Notes: generated by a model from the sequence alone, not told the origin. A DNA stretch of 64,000 nucleotides from Nanohaloarchaea archaeon B1-Br10_U2g1 (GCA_001563875.1 LKMN01000002.1:1-64000); one strand, 5' to 3'. Numbered from the stretch's first letter, positions 1 through 10,503 are shown. Made by a program: numbers and translations.

Positions 1-84
1 GACGAGTTATGGCTGGAGATAACCGGGCCTTACAGAACCTCATCGACACATGTCTGTCATCCTACAGATAGACCCTCTTGTTAA
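1..84 (+). CDS. 3' end of an upstream gene (partial), probably another pilin-like protein
   Basis: Frame 1 reads DELWLEITGPYRTSSTHVCHPTDRPSC* (TAA at 82-84). Its terminal C-x7-C-stop resembles the C-x9-C-stop ending of the adjacent pilin. Confidence 0.5.
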   Translation, partial: DELWLEITGPYRTSSTHVCHPTDRPSC

Positions 85-145
85 GAATAAAGAGGAGACA
101 GCAGTCTGAAAACTATAAAAAAGAGGTAACACAATTAGATAAACA

Positions 146-667
146 ATGGCATGGTTAACAAATAGAAAAGGTGTAACACCTGTAATTGCAGTCGTACTTT
201 TACTACTACTAACAATTGGAATGGTGGGAATCCTATGGACACAAGCTGAAGACTTGATGGATCTAGGAGATGAGGCAAGCTTCCTGGAAGACATCGATGT
301 CCAGATAAACACCGTGACTAGGAATGATACCACCGATGAACACCGTATGGAGCTAAGAGTTGAGAACGTCGGTGACGAGCAGTACAACCTCACAGATATT
401 GCAAGGCTAGAATACAGTGTACCGGGAGAACAGTCACTACAGCCTGCAGGAGGTAACGTACACGGCTTCACACACAGTGAAGAAGACGAAAACTGTTTCG
501 ATGATCTTGAAGAAATCACACCTGGCGATGTAGAAACATGTAACACAGGAGTAGAGATGCCGGACCCTGATGAGTCAATAACTGTAGAGATGGTTGAATC
601 AGGAGGAGCCGACAGTATCGCAAGCTACAGCTGTAGTCCATCAACCAGCACAAGCACAACCTGTTAA
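146..667 (+). CDS. Archaeal type IV pilin (class III signal peptide, Pilin_N/DUF1628-like)
   Basis: RKG|VTPVIAVVLLLLLTIG matches the archaeal prepilin/archaellin N-terminus. Acidic globular domain with 4 Cys. Confidence 0.85.
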   Translation: MAWLTNRKGVTPVIAVVLLLLLTIGMVGILWTQAEDLMDLGDEASFLEDIDVQINTVTRNDTTDEHRMELRVENVGDEQYNLTDIARLEYSVPGEQSLQPAGGNVHGFTHSEEDENCFDDLEEITPGDVETCNTGVEMPDPDESITVEMVESGGADSIASYSCSPSTSTSTTC

Positions 668-723
668 AAAGGAACTACCTTATTCCCTTTATTTTATATT
701 CTAATCTCACTTTCTATTTAGGT

Positions 724-1407
724 GTGAAAGGTCAAACACAGGCGGTCACCGCAGTACTTATAACCACGGTAATGATAGGTGCTATAGCCACAGCCTACGT
801 ATGGGGAGGGCCTTTACTCCAGAAGGGGCAAGCAGAGGCAGATCTAGATCAAGTAGAGAACGAGGTCAGAACCTTATACGAGAACATTGAACAGGTAAGT
901 GAAAGCGGATCAGGAGCAGCAGAAACATTAACACTAGACCTAGATACAGGCGGATCAGGAGAGACTAGAATAGATATCAACGAAGATGAGAACTACATAG
1001 ATATTGTGACCGAATCAGGAGATATACCGTATCCAAGAGAAACCTGGACAGTTATAGAGGGACAGAACCTTCAAAACCTGAGCATAGTAGAAGAGGAGAA
1101 CTCTGGAGACTACGGTATCTCCGGCCAAGACTCAAAAGGAGTAGTAGCGGTACGTCCTATAGGAGAAGGCTCCGAGAACATTGTAACGTACCGTATTGAG
1201 TTTAGGAACATGCTTTCACAGACCCCTGACGGAACAAAGCTAGAGAAGGTTGATATAAGAGCAAGAGACTCAGCTACAGAGACAGGAACCGTTCAGACCG
1301 TTGTAAGCAATGAAGGTCAAGAATACGACTCGGAGAGCGATATGACTCTTTCAACAGGGGAGAGTATTGAACGTGAGAGGACTGTGGTAGAGATAGACTT
1401 GAGGTGA
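724..1407 (+). CDS. Pilin-like protein with class III signal peptide
   Basis: MKG|QTQAVTAVLITTVMIG followed by a hydrophobic helix; lies in the pilus operon; GTG start. Confidence 0.75.
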   Translation: MKGQTQAVTAVLITTVMIGAIATAYVWGGPLLQKGQAEADLDQVENEVRTLYENIEQVSESGSGAAETLTLDLDTGGSGETRIDINEDENYIDIVTESGDIPYPRETWTVIEGQNLQNLSIVEEENSGDYGISGQDSKGVVAVRPIGEGSENIVTYRIEFRNMLSQTPDGTKLEKVDIRARDSATETGTVQTVVSNEGQEYDSESDMTLSTGESIERERTVVEIDLR

Positions 1408-1808
1408 GAAGTTTGAAGGGACAGTACCTAGCAGTAGAAGCAGTTCTAACATTTGGGATGGGCCTCATAATCGCTGTAGGAACAATAACAATGTTCAACA
1501 GTTACCAGCAAGGCCTCCTAGACACTGCATCAGATCAGCACAAAGCCGCTGTTGCCTCCGAAGTTAACGAGAAGCTTATGCATCTAAAAGACGCTGACTC
1601 AGCGGAATCAACGCTCAATCTACCAGAGGAGATAGGTGGATCCGAATACACTCTAGCTCTAGACGACGAAATAATAATTTTCTTAGATGGAGGGAGGTAC
1701 AGCTACGATATCAGAGGTTTCGAGGACTACAGTATGGAAGGTAGCGTGGAGGGAGGACAGGTTAATGTTTTCAAAAGCGATAACGAATTCATTATAGGTG
1801 CTCGATAA
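1404..1808 (+). CDS. Minor pilin-like protein
   Basis: LKG|QYLAVEAVLTFGMGLII; overlaps both neighbours, suggesting translational coupling. Confidence 0.75.
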   Translation: MRSLKGQYLAVEAVLTFGMGLIIAVGTITMFNSYQQGLLDTASDQHKAAVASEVNEKLMHLKDADSAESTLNLPEEIGGSEYTLALDDEIIIFLDGGRYSYDIRGFEDYSMEGSVEGGQVNVFKSDNEFIIGAR

Positions 1809-3517
1809 TGTCTTTCAACTTCATACAGCTAAAAGAGAAAATGAGGAGAGTTAAACACCCTGAACTGTATGAAGATGATGACGAGGAGGATGAAATAAAC
1901 GACAACGGCGGAATAGAAATACCTATACCAGGAAAATTCCGCCCTGAGATGGTCGAACAAGAGGACGAGGACGAAGAAAGCCTCACAGATGTAGACGTCC
2001 AGTACCCACTAGTTCCTCAAGATCCAGACAAAGGAGATATAGTATACGCTTGGGCTCACATAGTATGGAGCGAGGATAAAGGAGAGCTCATATACAGAGT
2101 TATAGAACCTGAGCTTGACAGAGGAACAGAAAGAGTTCTAAATAAGATAAAGGAGATACTTGAGAGAAGCTTCGACATAAACTTTACAGATTTAGAGACC
2201 GAAGAGGCGGAAGAGTACTTAGAAGAAAAAATCGACGACATTGTTGACAAATACGACATCCGTCTAAGCTCAGACCAACGAGAGGTAATAAGATACTACT
2301 CGAAGAGAGATTTTGCAGGTCTAGGTAGGTTACAGCCGCTTATGAACGATACCGAGGTAGAGGACATCTCATGCGACGGAACAGATATACCTGTATATGC
2401 TTACCACAGAAATCCTCGATTCGGATCTGTCAAGACCAGTATCATGTGGGAAGATCCTGAAGAGCTTGACAGCTTTGTCATGAAAATCGCTCAAAGATGC
2501 GGAAGATCCATAAGTGTATCACAGCCTTTGCTTGACGGTTCTTTACCGGACGGTTCACGTGTACAGGCAACCCTAGCCACAGATATTGCTAGAAAAGGAT
2601 CAAACTTTACTATTAGACGTTTCACAGAGGATCCGTTGACCCCTATCCATATGATGGATTTTGAGACGGAGAACGCCCAGATGTTAAGCTATCTCTGGAC
2701 AATAATCGAACATGAAAAATCTGTTCTTGTCTGTGGTACAACAGGAGCCGGTAAGACATCCCAGCTCAACTCCTTGTCTCTATTCATAAGACCTGATAAA
2801 AAAATTGTATCCATTGAGGACACTCCTGAGCTTAGACTTCCTCACAGCCACTGGGTCCCCGAGGTTGCAAGAAGCGGGTTCGGGTCGAGTGTTGAAGACG
2901 GTGGAGAAGTATCAATGGACGATCTCCTAAAGGAATCCTTACGTCAGAGACCGGAATACATTATCGTCGGAGAGGTCAGAGGTGAGGAGGCATACATACT
3001 ATTCCAGCAGATGGCTACAGGGCACACAGGTCTCTCTACCATCCACGCAGACTCTCTCAACATGCTTATGGACCGTTTGACTACAAACCCAATCAATCTG
3101 TCTCCAAGCCTTATAGAGACATTAGACGCAGTGATGCTTATCAAGAGGATAAGGAGAGGAAACAAGTACGTCAGAAGGATTACAGGGCTGTACGAAATCG
3201 AGGACTACGATAAAAGAACCGGTCTGAACTCGAACAAGGTATTCGGCTGGGATCCGGAAACCGATACTTACAGCATGGTTAACAACTCTCTTCTCCTGAA
3301 GGAAATCGTCCATGAGACCGGAGGAGATGAGGAGGACATGAGAAAAGAGCTTAAGAACAGGCAGCACGTACTAAACTGGATGCAAGAAGAGCAGATAAAG
3401 CATTACAGGAAGGTGGGAGACGTCATATCGCGGTACTACTCTGATCCTCAGTCTGTTCTGGAAGATGTAGGAGAAAGTTTAAACTCTGAAGAAGATGAAA
3501 TCGAAGTAGAGAGCTAG
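1808..3517 (+). CDS. pilB: Type IV pilus assembly ATPase (PilB/VirB11/FlaI family)
   Basis: Walker A GTTGAGKT, Asp box SIEDTPEL, LRQRPEYIIVGEVRG (Walker B), His box TGHTGLSTIHA. Confidence 0.95.
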   Translation: MSFNFIQLKEKMRRVKHPELYEDDDEEDEINDNGGIEIPIPGKFRPEMVEQEDEDEESLTDVDVQYPLVPQDPDKGDIVYAWAHIVWSEDKGELIYRVIEPELDRGTERVLNKIKEILERSFDINFTDLETEEAEEYLEEKIDDIVDKYDIRLSSDQREVIRYYSKRDFAGLGRLQPLMNDTEVEDISCDGTDIPVYAYHRNPRFGSVKTSIMWEDPEELDSFVMKIAQRCGRSISVSQPLLDGSLPDGSRVQATLATDIARKGSNFTIRRFTEDPLTPIHMMDFETENAQMLSYLWTIIEHEKSVLVCGTTGAGKTSQLNSLSLFIRPDKKIVSIEDTPELRLPHSHWVPEVARSGFGSSVEDGGEVSMDDLLKESLRQRPEYIIVGEVRGEEAYILFQQMATGHTGLSTIHADSLNMLMDRLTTNPINLSPSLIETLDAVMLIKRIRRGNKYVRRITGLYEIEDYDKRTGLNSNKVFGWDPETDTYSMVNNSLLLKEIVHETGGDEEDMRKELKNRQHVLNWMQEEQIKHYRKVGDVISRYYSDPQSVLEDVGESLNSEEDEIEVES

Positions 3518-3519
3518 CA

Positions 3520-4392
3520 ATGCTTGAGGAATACGCCGACTTCTGTTATACGCAGATAGGCGGACATACCTTAGATTATATAGAGTACTTCGAAGGTCTG
3601 CGACCTCAGTTATCGAAAGCAGATATCGAGATATCTCTTCCAGAGTATGTCAGCATGATAGCTTTTACAGCTATAACCGTTTTCGTGTTCGGGGTGTTTC
3701 TACTAGGTACTTTTATGGGAATTACAGCCGGTATATCAGGATTTATATTTGCCATAGTTTTATCAATAATATTCTCAGTTGGCAGCTCATTCCTTTTCTA
3801 CTTGTATCCTTCTATTGTAATGAAGGACAGAGCTACGAAGATGAGAGATACTCTACCATTCGCAACAATGTATATGGCGACTCTTGCAGGAACAGGGACA
3901 TCTATTAGTGAGCTTTTCTCAAACCTTTCGAAGACAGAAGAGTACGGCGAAATATCTAAAGAGGCTCAAAAGATAAACAGAGATATTGAAACATTTGGAA
4001 TGGATGTTACAGAGGCTCTTCAAAGAGCAGCAGAAAGAACACCGAGTAAGGACTTCAAAGACCTTCTGTGGGGCATCAACCATACAATGACCTCAGGTGG
4101 TTCACTTAGAACCTTCCTGCATGAAAGATCCGACACATTGATGAAAGATTATCAAAGAAGAGTTAAGGCATTCTCTGAGCAGCTATCACTCTTTGTGGAA
4201 CTCTATATTACATTGGTAATTGTTGGATCTATCGTATTTACATCTATGAGCGTTGTGATGAGCTCTTTCACTGGTTACTCTCCGAACTTTATAGTTATCA
4301 TACAGATGGGGGCCATATTCCTAGGGCTTCCGGTTATATCTGGTATATTCATATTCATAGTTGACTCAATAGCTCCCGGAGGGATAAGATGA
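3520..4392 (+). CDS. Pilus platform membrane protein (T2SS F/TadC family)
   Basis: TM helices plus the cytoplasmic T2SSF-like segment ALQRAAERTPSKDFKDLL; directly downstream of the ATPase. Confidence 0.85.
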   Translation: MLEEYADFCYTQIGGHTLDYIEYFEGLRPQLSKADIEISLPEYVSMIAFTAITVFVFGVFLLGTFMGITAGISGFIFAIVLSIIFSVGSSFLFYLYPSIVMKDRATKMRDTLPFATMYMATLAGTGTSISELFSNLSKTEEYGEISKEAQKINRDIETFGMDVTEALQRAAERTPSKDFKDLLWGINHTMTSGGSLRTFLHERSDTLMKDYQRRVKAFSEQLSLFVELYITLVIVGSIVFTSMSVVMSSFTGYSPNFIVIIQMGAIFLGLPVISGIFIFIVDSIAPGGIR

Positions 4393-5411
4393 TAGACTTC
4401 TTCAAAGAAGAGGGGATAGAGAAGGGTAGGTCAAAAGAAGACAAGATTGTAATAGGCTCAGTTGTAGCTGGCTGTATTCTTATAGTTGCCGGTATGCTCA
4501 GCTATATAGTTCTATCACCTCAAATAGGAGGATCACTCATAATATTAGGTCTTATAGTAGCTGTACTGCCTTATGGAATTCTTTCCTTCCTAAAGAACCG
4601 TGCAATTAGAGAGGTAGAGGATCAGTTCCCTACATTCTTAAAAGATTTAGCAGAGTCTAAGAGAGGCGGAATGACTCTATTACAGGCGTTTGAATCAGCT
4701 AAGGAATCAGATTACGGAAGATTAAACAGAGAGATAGACCGGATACATGATGAACTGACCTGGGGCATACCGTTTCCAAAGGTCATTGAAAGGTTTTCAA
4801 GGAGAATGGATGAGTCTGCAGTAATACAGGAGTCGGTATCTATACTTCTACAGAGCTTCCAGAGTGGAGGCAACATCACAAAAACAATTGAATCGATAGC
4901 TGAAGACTCCTCAAAGCTGAGAGAGACTATAAGAGAGAAGAACTCTCAGATAAAACAGCAGATACTGATAATGTACGTTATATTTTTCCTTTTCGTAGGT
5001 ATAACAATAGGTCTATATGTGATGATGGCGGAGCTTATGGGTCTAGGAACAGCACAGGACGGAGCTCTGGAGAACGTCGAGTTTATGGGTGACGACGGAG
5101 GGACAGAAAACTTCTGCGACGGCTCCATACTCGCCGCACAGCCACTTTGTACAACAGCCCAGATCTTTCGATTTGTACCTAGCGATATAAGCAATTTGGG
5201 TAGCGAACAGGCCGAGGAGTACAGCTATGGACAGATGGCGTACTATAAGTCATTACTGTTTACGATGCTTATGATACAAGGAATGTGTACCGCTGCCGTA
5301 GCAGGACAGATAGCTGAGGGCTCGCCGAGCGCAGGTATAAAACACGCATTGATAATGATCCCTATAGCCTTTGTGGCATTCATGTATACCGTAGGTCTGG
5401 CAGGTGTCTAA
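4389..5411 (+). CDS. Second pilus platform membrane protein (T2SS F/TadC family)
   Basis: EDQFPTFLKDLAESKRGGMTL, LTWGIPF, SGGNI and C-terminal AGQIAEGSPSAGIKH are typical of archaeal TadC/PilC. Confidence 0.88.
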   Translation: MIDFFKEEGIEKGRSKEDKIVIGSVVAGCILIVAGMLSYIVLSPQIGGSLIILGLIVAVLPYGILSFLKNRAIREVEDQFPTFLKDLAESKRGGMTLLQAFESAKESDYGRLNREIDRIHDELTWGIPFPKVIERFSRRMDESAVIQESVSILLQSFQSGGNITKTIESIAEDSSKLRETIREKNSQIKQQILIMYVIFFLFVGITIGLYVMMAELMGLGTAQDGALENVEFMGDDGGTENFCDGSILAAQPLCTTAQIFRFVPSDISNLGSEQAEEYSYGQMAYYKSLLFTMLMIQGMCTAAVAGQIAEGSPSAGIKHALIMIPIAFVAFMYTVGLAGV

Positions 5412-5414
5412 CAG

Positions 5415-6245
5415 ATGGAAGGTCAGATAAACCTCGAATTCCTAACGGCAGCGATGCTGTATATAATTGCTTTAAGCAGTATATTCCTGGTAGGCGATCA
5501 AGTACTTCCCTCATTCCACAGCGAGACCGAGAGGACCTCTCTGAACTTGGAGGCAAAGACGTTCACATACGAAATCTTGACACATCCCGGACAGCACGAG
5601 AACGGAGATAACTGGGAGGACGTGGAGATAGACGAAATTGAATCCTTCGGGCTAGCTAACGACTTCTTCGAAGTTAATAGGGATAAGATTGAACGGCTTT
5701 CCACGGTAGGAGATGAAGATCTAAACTACACGACTTTCCGAGAACTGAACAGCCTTGAACACCAGTACCATTTCAGATTTACCTGGATGCCCGTAGTACA
5801 TACAAATGAAAGCTTTACAAGAGGAGAGTCTCCTGACTTCATTGAGGAGCCTTGCCCAGAGGATCCTGATCACACATGTCCGAGCGGCTACAACGATGCC
5901 GATGATACCGTTACGTACGGCTCCGCGGAGATAGAGGGAATGGAACATACATTTCTGGCGACTGCGGAAGACGGATCCTACAACAGTCTTTATATCTCTC
6001 ACAACTGGGATTTCTCAGACAGAAACCCTTACTATAGCAGAGAAAGCTTTGACAAGTACACGGATTCCGAGTATACTATAGAGAGTTTTCAGAACCGTGA
6101 GGAACAGGAAGGATCAGTAGTGATTCTAAAGGATGAAATAAACCAGTTCGGGCCAAGTCCCGACACAACAACAGCAATACAGAGGGTTGAGAGGTTTGCA
6201 GTGATGGAAGACGAACCTCTACTGATAGAGGTGCTTGTATGGTAG
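5415..6245 (+). CDS. Pilin-like protein (Q+1/E+5 class III signal)
   Basis: MEG|QINLEFLTAAMLYII followed by an acidic extracellular domain. Confidence 0.7.
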   Translation: MEGQINLEFLTAAMLYIIALSSIFLVGDQVLPSFHSETERTSLNLEAKTFTYEILTHPGQHENGDNWEDVEIDEIESFGLANDFFEVNRDKIERLSTVGDEDLNYTTFRELNSLEHQYHFRFTWMPVVHTNESFTRGESPDFIEEPCPEDPDHTCPSGYNDADDTVTYGSAEIEGMEHTFLATAEDGSYNSLYISHNWDFSDRNPYYSRESFDKYTDSEYTIESFQNREEQEGSVVILKDEINQFGPSPDTTTAIQRVERFAVMEDEPLLIEVLVW

Positions 6246-7978
6246 AGAGAAAAGGAGTGGGCTATATGATCGAGGCAATTGTCTCGATGATGATACTGCT
6301 TGTGTTCGTTTTAGGAAACAGCGTAAGCTCTCCTGTACAGGACTGGGGTGAGACACAGGATCAGATAACAGCCAACGACCTAACCTACACTTTGAAAGAG
6401 ACAGGAGATTTAGAAAAATTCATGGTAAGGAATGAGCCAGGATCTCTCGAAACAACTGTCTCCACATTAACACCTAGAGATCTTGAAATATCAGGAAGTA
6501 TTGAAGGTCTACCGTTAGACGATATATACATGGGTTTCCATGCCCCGGAAGATGAGCGACATACACTGGAGCTGAAGGACGATATAACCCAAGACGAGTG
6601 TTACCAGAATGATGAGTTAGAGGAGCTCGAGGAAAGAGCCGGACTAGAAGGACTGAATCCTCAGATAGAGAGAACTGAAGGATCTGGACCTAACGGAGTT
6701 TATCTCTACTTTGTAGATCAGAACCCTGATACCTCAGGGTTTGATGAAAGCCTATGGGTGGACAACGGCACAAGATGCCAGTTCGCTGACTCAGACGGCC
6801 CAATTCTCCAAGACGAGTTCTACTTATGGGGGGACAAGGACGAAGACTACGAGTACTACGAGTTTAAAGATATAGATGTTGGAGGTCAGGAGTTCACAAC
6901 CTATGAGGCAACTCAGGTATACCGGATAAAACAGAAGATGAACAAGCCTGTGAACAGCGTAGAGACCTCAGCAGAGTTTGAAACATTCAGCTTCGACGAG
7001 AAGAATATACACGAATACGATATTATAGGACTCCGTAACAATGTTGATGAGTTCAATCATGGAGGTGAGAGAGCCCAGTTAGAAGAGTTTCTCGACAACA
7101 AGCCGGCACTATTACTAACAGATATACAGGAAGAACAGTTGGAGGAGGGATTGTTAGGAGAGACAGGTTTTGAACACGTGAACACCGGTAGAGAAGGAAA
7201 TTTAGGGACACCTCTTTTAGGTACTAACAGTGACGGACTGGAGATAGAGACCTATTTCAACGGATTAGATGGAGATCTAGACTCTTTGAGTGTGGAGCCA
7301 CAGGGACAGATATCTTCCTCAAACTCCGATAGATTTATGGAGGAAGACCACTTACTTTATGACTCCAACCAGAGATACACCCTAGAAGAGTTCTATGCAG
7401 AGAACAACAGTATGGAACAGGTAGATAACCTTGGTGTGATAGATGGCGTGCCAACGAGCAGATGTGTAGAAGAGTACGGTGAAGAAGCGGTAACAATAGG
7501 AGATATAGAGTTTGCAACAGACCATGGAACGGAGACTTATGAGGCTATAAGCACCCAGATGGCAGGAGACCACGGAGACTGCGGAGAGCTTAGAGCGGTG
7601 AACATAGATCTTGGCAGCGGCTTCAGCGATCTAGGACCCTTATTACCAGGAGAAAGTGTGGAAATCGAAGATAGGACATATACAGTAGTAGTAGATGGAG
7701 AGGATACTGTAGAATTCTTGTTCCAAGGCAACGATGAGGTAGAGATTTTAAACTATAGAGAGAGCTTTGAAGGCTTTTCTTCTGACAGGCTCGCAAGACT
7801 GCCTCACCAAGAAGAGTACAACAAACAAGATAGGAGGCTTATAGCATCGATGATATACTGGCTTGCAAGAGAAGACACCGAGTTCGGGGAGGATAGTTAC
7901 GATGTATCCAGTTCTGTAGTAGGCGGTATAAACCATGAAACATATATGTCATACAGAGCATCTCTAAGGTGGGAATAG
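6239..7978 (+). CDS. Large pilin-like/adhesin protein with class III signal peptide
   Basis: RKG|VGYMIEAIVSMMILLVFVL followed by about 550 aa of acidic sequence. Confidence 0.7.
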   Translation: MVERKGVGYMIEAIVSMMILLVFVLGNSVSSPVQDWGETQDQITANDLTYTLKETGDLEKFMVRNEPGSLETTVSTLTPRDLEISGSIEGLPLDDIYMGFHAPEDERHTLELKDDITQDECYQNDELEELEERAGLEGLNPQIERTEGSGPNGVYLYFVDQNPDTSGFDESLWVDNGTRCQFADSDGPILQDEFYLWGDKDEDYEYYEFKDIDVGGQEFTTYEATQVYRIKQKMNKPVNSVETSAEFETFSFDEKNIHEYDIIGLRNNVDEFNHGGERAQLEEFLDNKPALLLTDIQEEQLEEGLLGETGFEHVNTGREGNLGTPLLGTNSDGLEIETYFNGLDGDLDSLSVEPQGQISSSNSDRFMEEDHLLYDSNQRYTLEEFYAENNSMEQVDNLGVIDGVPTSRCVEEYGEEAVTIGDIEFATDHGTETYEAISTQMAGDHGDCGELRAVNIDLGSGFSDLGPLLPGESVEIEDRTYTVVVDGEDTVEFLFQGNDEVEILNYRESFEGFSSDRLARLPHQEEYNKQDRRLIASMIYWLAREDTEFGEDSYDVSSSVVGGINHETYMSYRASLRWE

Positions 7979-7980
7979 TT

Positions 7981-8286
7981 ATGAAAGGACAGTTCATGGT
8001 GATATCATCTATACTAGTAGGACTTATTGTGATATCTTTAGCATCAGTTATTTCAGATGTACAGACCCAGGAGTTTGATACGCTTGACACCGGTTACACT
8101 GTTGATGTAATTAAGAGTGAGGCAGCAGACATGGATGTAGAAGAGGTACAGGACAGGCGTAACTTTGAACAGATGCTTACAAAAACAGGATATGAGACAG
8201 AGATGGATTACTGGACTGATGAAAACTGTTTAAACGTCACATTAGAAGATTCTAGTGAACGTATAGATCTAGACTGTATCGGTTAA
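7981..8286 (+). CDS. Small pilin-like protein
   Basis: The ATG at 7981 gives MKG|QFMVISSILVGLIVISL; C-terminal Cys pair. Confidence 0.7.
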   Translation: MKGQFMVISSILVGLIVISLASVISDVQTQEFDTLDTGYTVDVIKSEAADMDVEEVQDRRNFEQMLTKTGYETEMDYWTDENCLNVTLEDSSERIDLDCIG

Positions 8287-9470
8287 CGGAATTCTTCCAT
8301 AAACTCAACCTCGTCATCAGTCAGCTCCAACTGTTCTTGGACCTGCGGATTCTCTTCTATAAGCTTAGAGATAAACTTGAGCTCTGACTTAGACTCACGG
8401 AGAGAGATGTGAAGTTTCTCACCTATCTTGGTTGATATAGCTTCCAGTCTACTTCTTGAGGCGCGGCTTGAACCCATCTTACGTATCTTGGACGGGTATT
8501 GGTACCGTGTCCAACCCTTGTACTTAGCTCTCTTACTAAGAGCTACACCAACCGTTGAGTAAAGGTATACGTACTTGAGTAGTTTCCAGTTCATTCTTTT
8601 CCTGATTCTGCCATTAAATAGATCGGCCTTGGAAATCCAGTTATAGGCTTTGGCATTGTCCTCAGACCTTTCATACTCTCTTGGCGTATTCTCCCTTATC
8701 CACTGTAGAAACGTATCTGCATCCTCCTGAAGGTTTTCAGTTGCTTGATTGGCTGTAGACGCATTCTCAGTCTTGAAAACCATTTTAAGGGCCTGGAATA
8801 CTTCTTGTTCACCGTCTCGCGCCGAGATAGCTCCTATATCCTCAACCTCTAAAGAATCCTTGCCTTTGGCTAAAGCCTCCAAGTCGTTTATAGCCGACCT
8901 CATTTGGCCGTTAGCCTGTCTTGCAATCCTTTTGACAGCTCCCTCGTCGTACTCAATACCTTCTTCTTCAAGTATCTGTTTAAGATGTGCATTTATAGAG
9001 TTGGTATGAACATTTCCTATCTCCATAACCTCAGATTTATCTTTTAAAGTCCTGATACCAGAATCATACGCATCGTTTGCTGTCATAACTAAGGGGAACC
9101 TTGTTTCACCTACTATTCTGTTCAGTTCTTTTGTTCCTCCTCTATCAGATCTTCCCATACCGTCTACTTCATCTATGAGGATCAGTTTTTTGCCTCCAAA
9201 GAATGACTGCTGTCTTACAGCCTCTTTCAACTCTTTTTTGAGCTTAGATTTGGTTCGGACATCTGAAGCGTTTGTTTCAACTAGTTCATAATCTAAGTCG
9301 TTTGCAAGAGCTTCAACTAGAGAGGTTTTTCCGGTTCCTGCCGGACCATGTAGAAGGACAGGTTTATCTCCATTTTCCCAGTTTTCAGCCCATTCTCTAA
9401 GCTTTTCTTTCTCCTTGCTTGCTCCTCTGTAATCAGAAAGTGTTTGAGGCCTGTATTTTTCAACCCACAT
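8283..9470 (-). CDS. rfcL: Replication factor C large subunit
   Basis: WVEKYRP, GPAGTGKT, ETNASDVRT, LIDEVDG, RSAINDL; adjacent to the small subunit. Confidence 0.95.
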   Translation of the reverse strand: MWVEKYRPQTLSDYRGASKEKEKLREWAENWENGDKPVLLHGPAGTGKTSLVEALANDLDYELVETNASDVRTKSKLKKELKEAVRQQSFFGGKKLILIDEVDGMGRSDRGGTKELNRIVGETRFPLVMTANDAYDSGIRTLKDKSEVMEIGNVHTNSINAHLKQILEEEGIEYDEGAVKRIARQANGQMRSAINDLEALAKGKDSLEVEDIGAISARDGEQEVFQALKMVFKTENASTANQATENLQEDADTFLQWIRENTPREYERSEDNAKAYNWISKADLFNGRIRKRMNWKLLKYVYLYSTVGVALSKRAKYKGWTRYQYPSKIRKMGSSRASRSRLEAISTKIGEKLHISLRESKSELKFISKLIEENPQVQEQLELTDDEVEFMEEFR

Positions 9471-9480
9471 AAATACTCCT

Positions 9481-10428
9481 CTAGTTCTTAAGATCCGCTA
9501 TTTTGGCGAGAAGCGCTTCTATCTGTATGTCGCTCGTTCCTCCTTCCGCTATCCGGAATTCAAACTCTCCAAGGTTATCGATTATTTTGAGTTTACCTTC
9601 ATCTGATATGTCTAGGTCTAAAACTTCTCTATGTATTGCATTGATGACGTCTTGTCCGTCAAGACCCCTGTCAATCATAAGATCTGATAACTGGTCTCTG
9701 GCATCCATGAAATCTCCATCCAGTGCCTTTTCAAGAACTTCGTTTATCTCCTCTGGCTTCAGTGATGCGGCTGCGCCGTATATATCTTCTTCAGTGATTT
9801 CGTCTTTCTGCATAGTTGCGGTCTGTAGGATGTTGGTTACTCTTCTTAAATCACCGCTTGCAACTCTTAGAACAGCTTTTATTGCCTCTTCAGATATCTT
9901 GAAGTCTTCGTTTTCTGCAAGTCTTTTAATGTACTGCTTTACTTCGGCTTCTTGATGTCTGTTGAATCTGAAGACTGCGCACCTGGACTGTATTGGATCT
10001 ATTATCTTTGAGGAGTAGTTGCAGGATAGTATGAAACGACAGTTGTCTGAGAACTGCTCCATTGTTCTTCTCAGTGCTTGTTGAGCATCACTGGTCAATG
10101 CATCCGCCTCATCTAGGAAGATTATCTTGTACTCTGCGTCGACAGGCTTTGTTCTTGCAAAGTCTTTAATTCTATCTCTTACAACATCTATACCTCTTTC
10201 ATCAGACGCGTTTGTCTCCATAAAGTTCTGTTTCCATTCGTCTCCGTACAGGTCTTTCGCTAGTGCTATTGCGCTCGTGGTTTTTCCTGTGCCTGCTGGA
10301 CCTGTAAACATGAGGTGCGGGATTGTTCCCTCATCAACGAAGGCTTGGAGCCTCCCAATAATCTTTTCATGTCCTACAACCTGTTCCAGCGTATCCGGTC
10401 GGTACTTTTCAGTCCAAACATCTATCAT
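9481..10428 (-). CDS. rfcS: Replication factor C small subunit
   Basis: WTEKYRP, GPAGTGKT, NASDERGID, LDEADALT, AQQALRRTME, IQSRC. Confidence 0.97.
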   Translation of the reverse strand: MIDVWTEKYRPDTLEQVVGHEKIIGRLQAFVDEGTIPHLMFTGPAGTGKTTSAIALAKDLYGDEWKQNFMETNASDERGIDVVRDRIKDFARTKPVDAEYKIIFLDEADALTSDAQQALRRTMEQFSDNCRFILSCNYSSKIIDPIQSRCAVFRFNRHQEAEVKQYIKRLAENEDFKISEEAIKAVLRVASGDLRRVTNILQTATMQKDEITEEDIYGAAASLKPEEINEVLEKALDGDFMDARDQLSDLMIDRGLDGQDVINAIHREVLDLDISDEGKLKIIDNLGEFEFRIAEGGTSDIQIEALLAKIADLKN

Positions 10429-10503
10429 TTCTACCAGTTATCTCCTCGTCAAAACTTTCAGTAAACCACTCTTTTATTCTTTCACAGAGCTGTTTAAACA
10501 GGA

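Noticed and set aside
146-8286. Archaellum operon
   Set aside because: No FlaH, FlaF/G or FlaC/D/E seen; two TadC-type genes instead of a single FlaJ.
8283-10428. Inteins in RFC subunits (a common insertion site)
   Set aside because: Both proteins are normal length with contiguous motifs.
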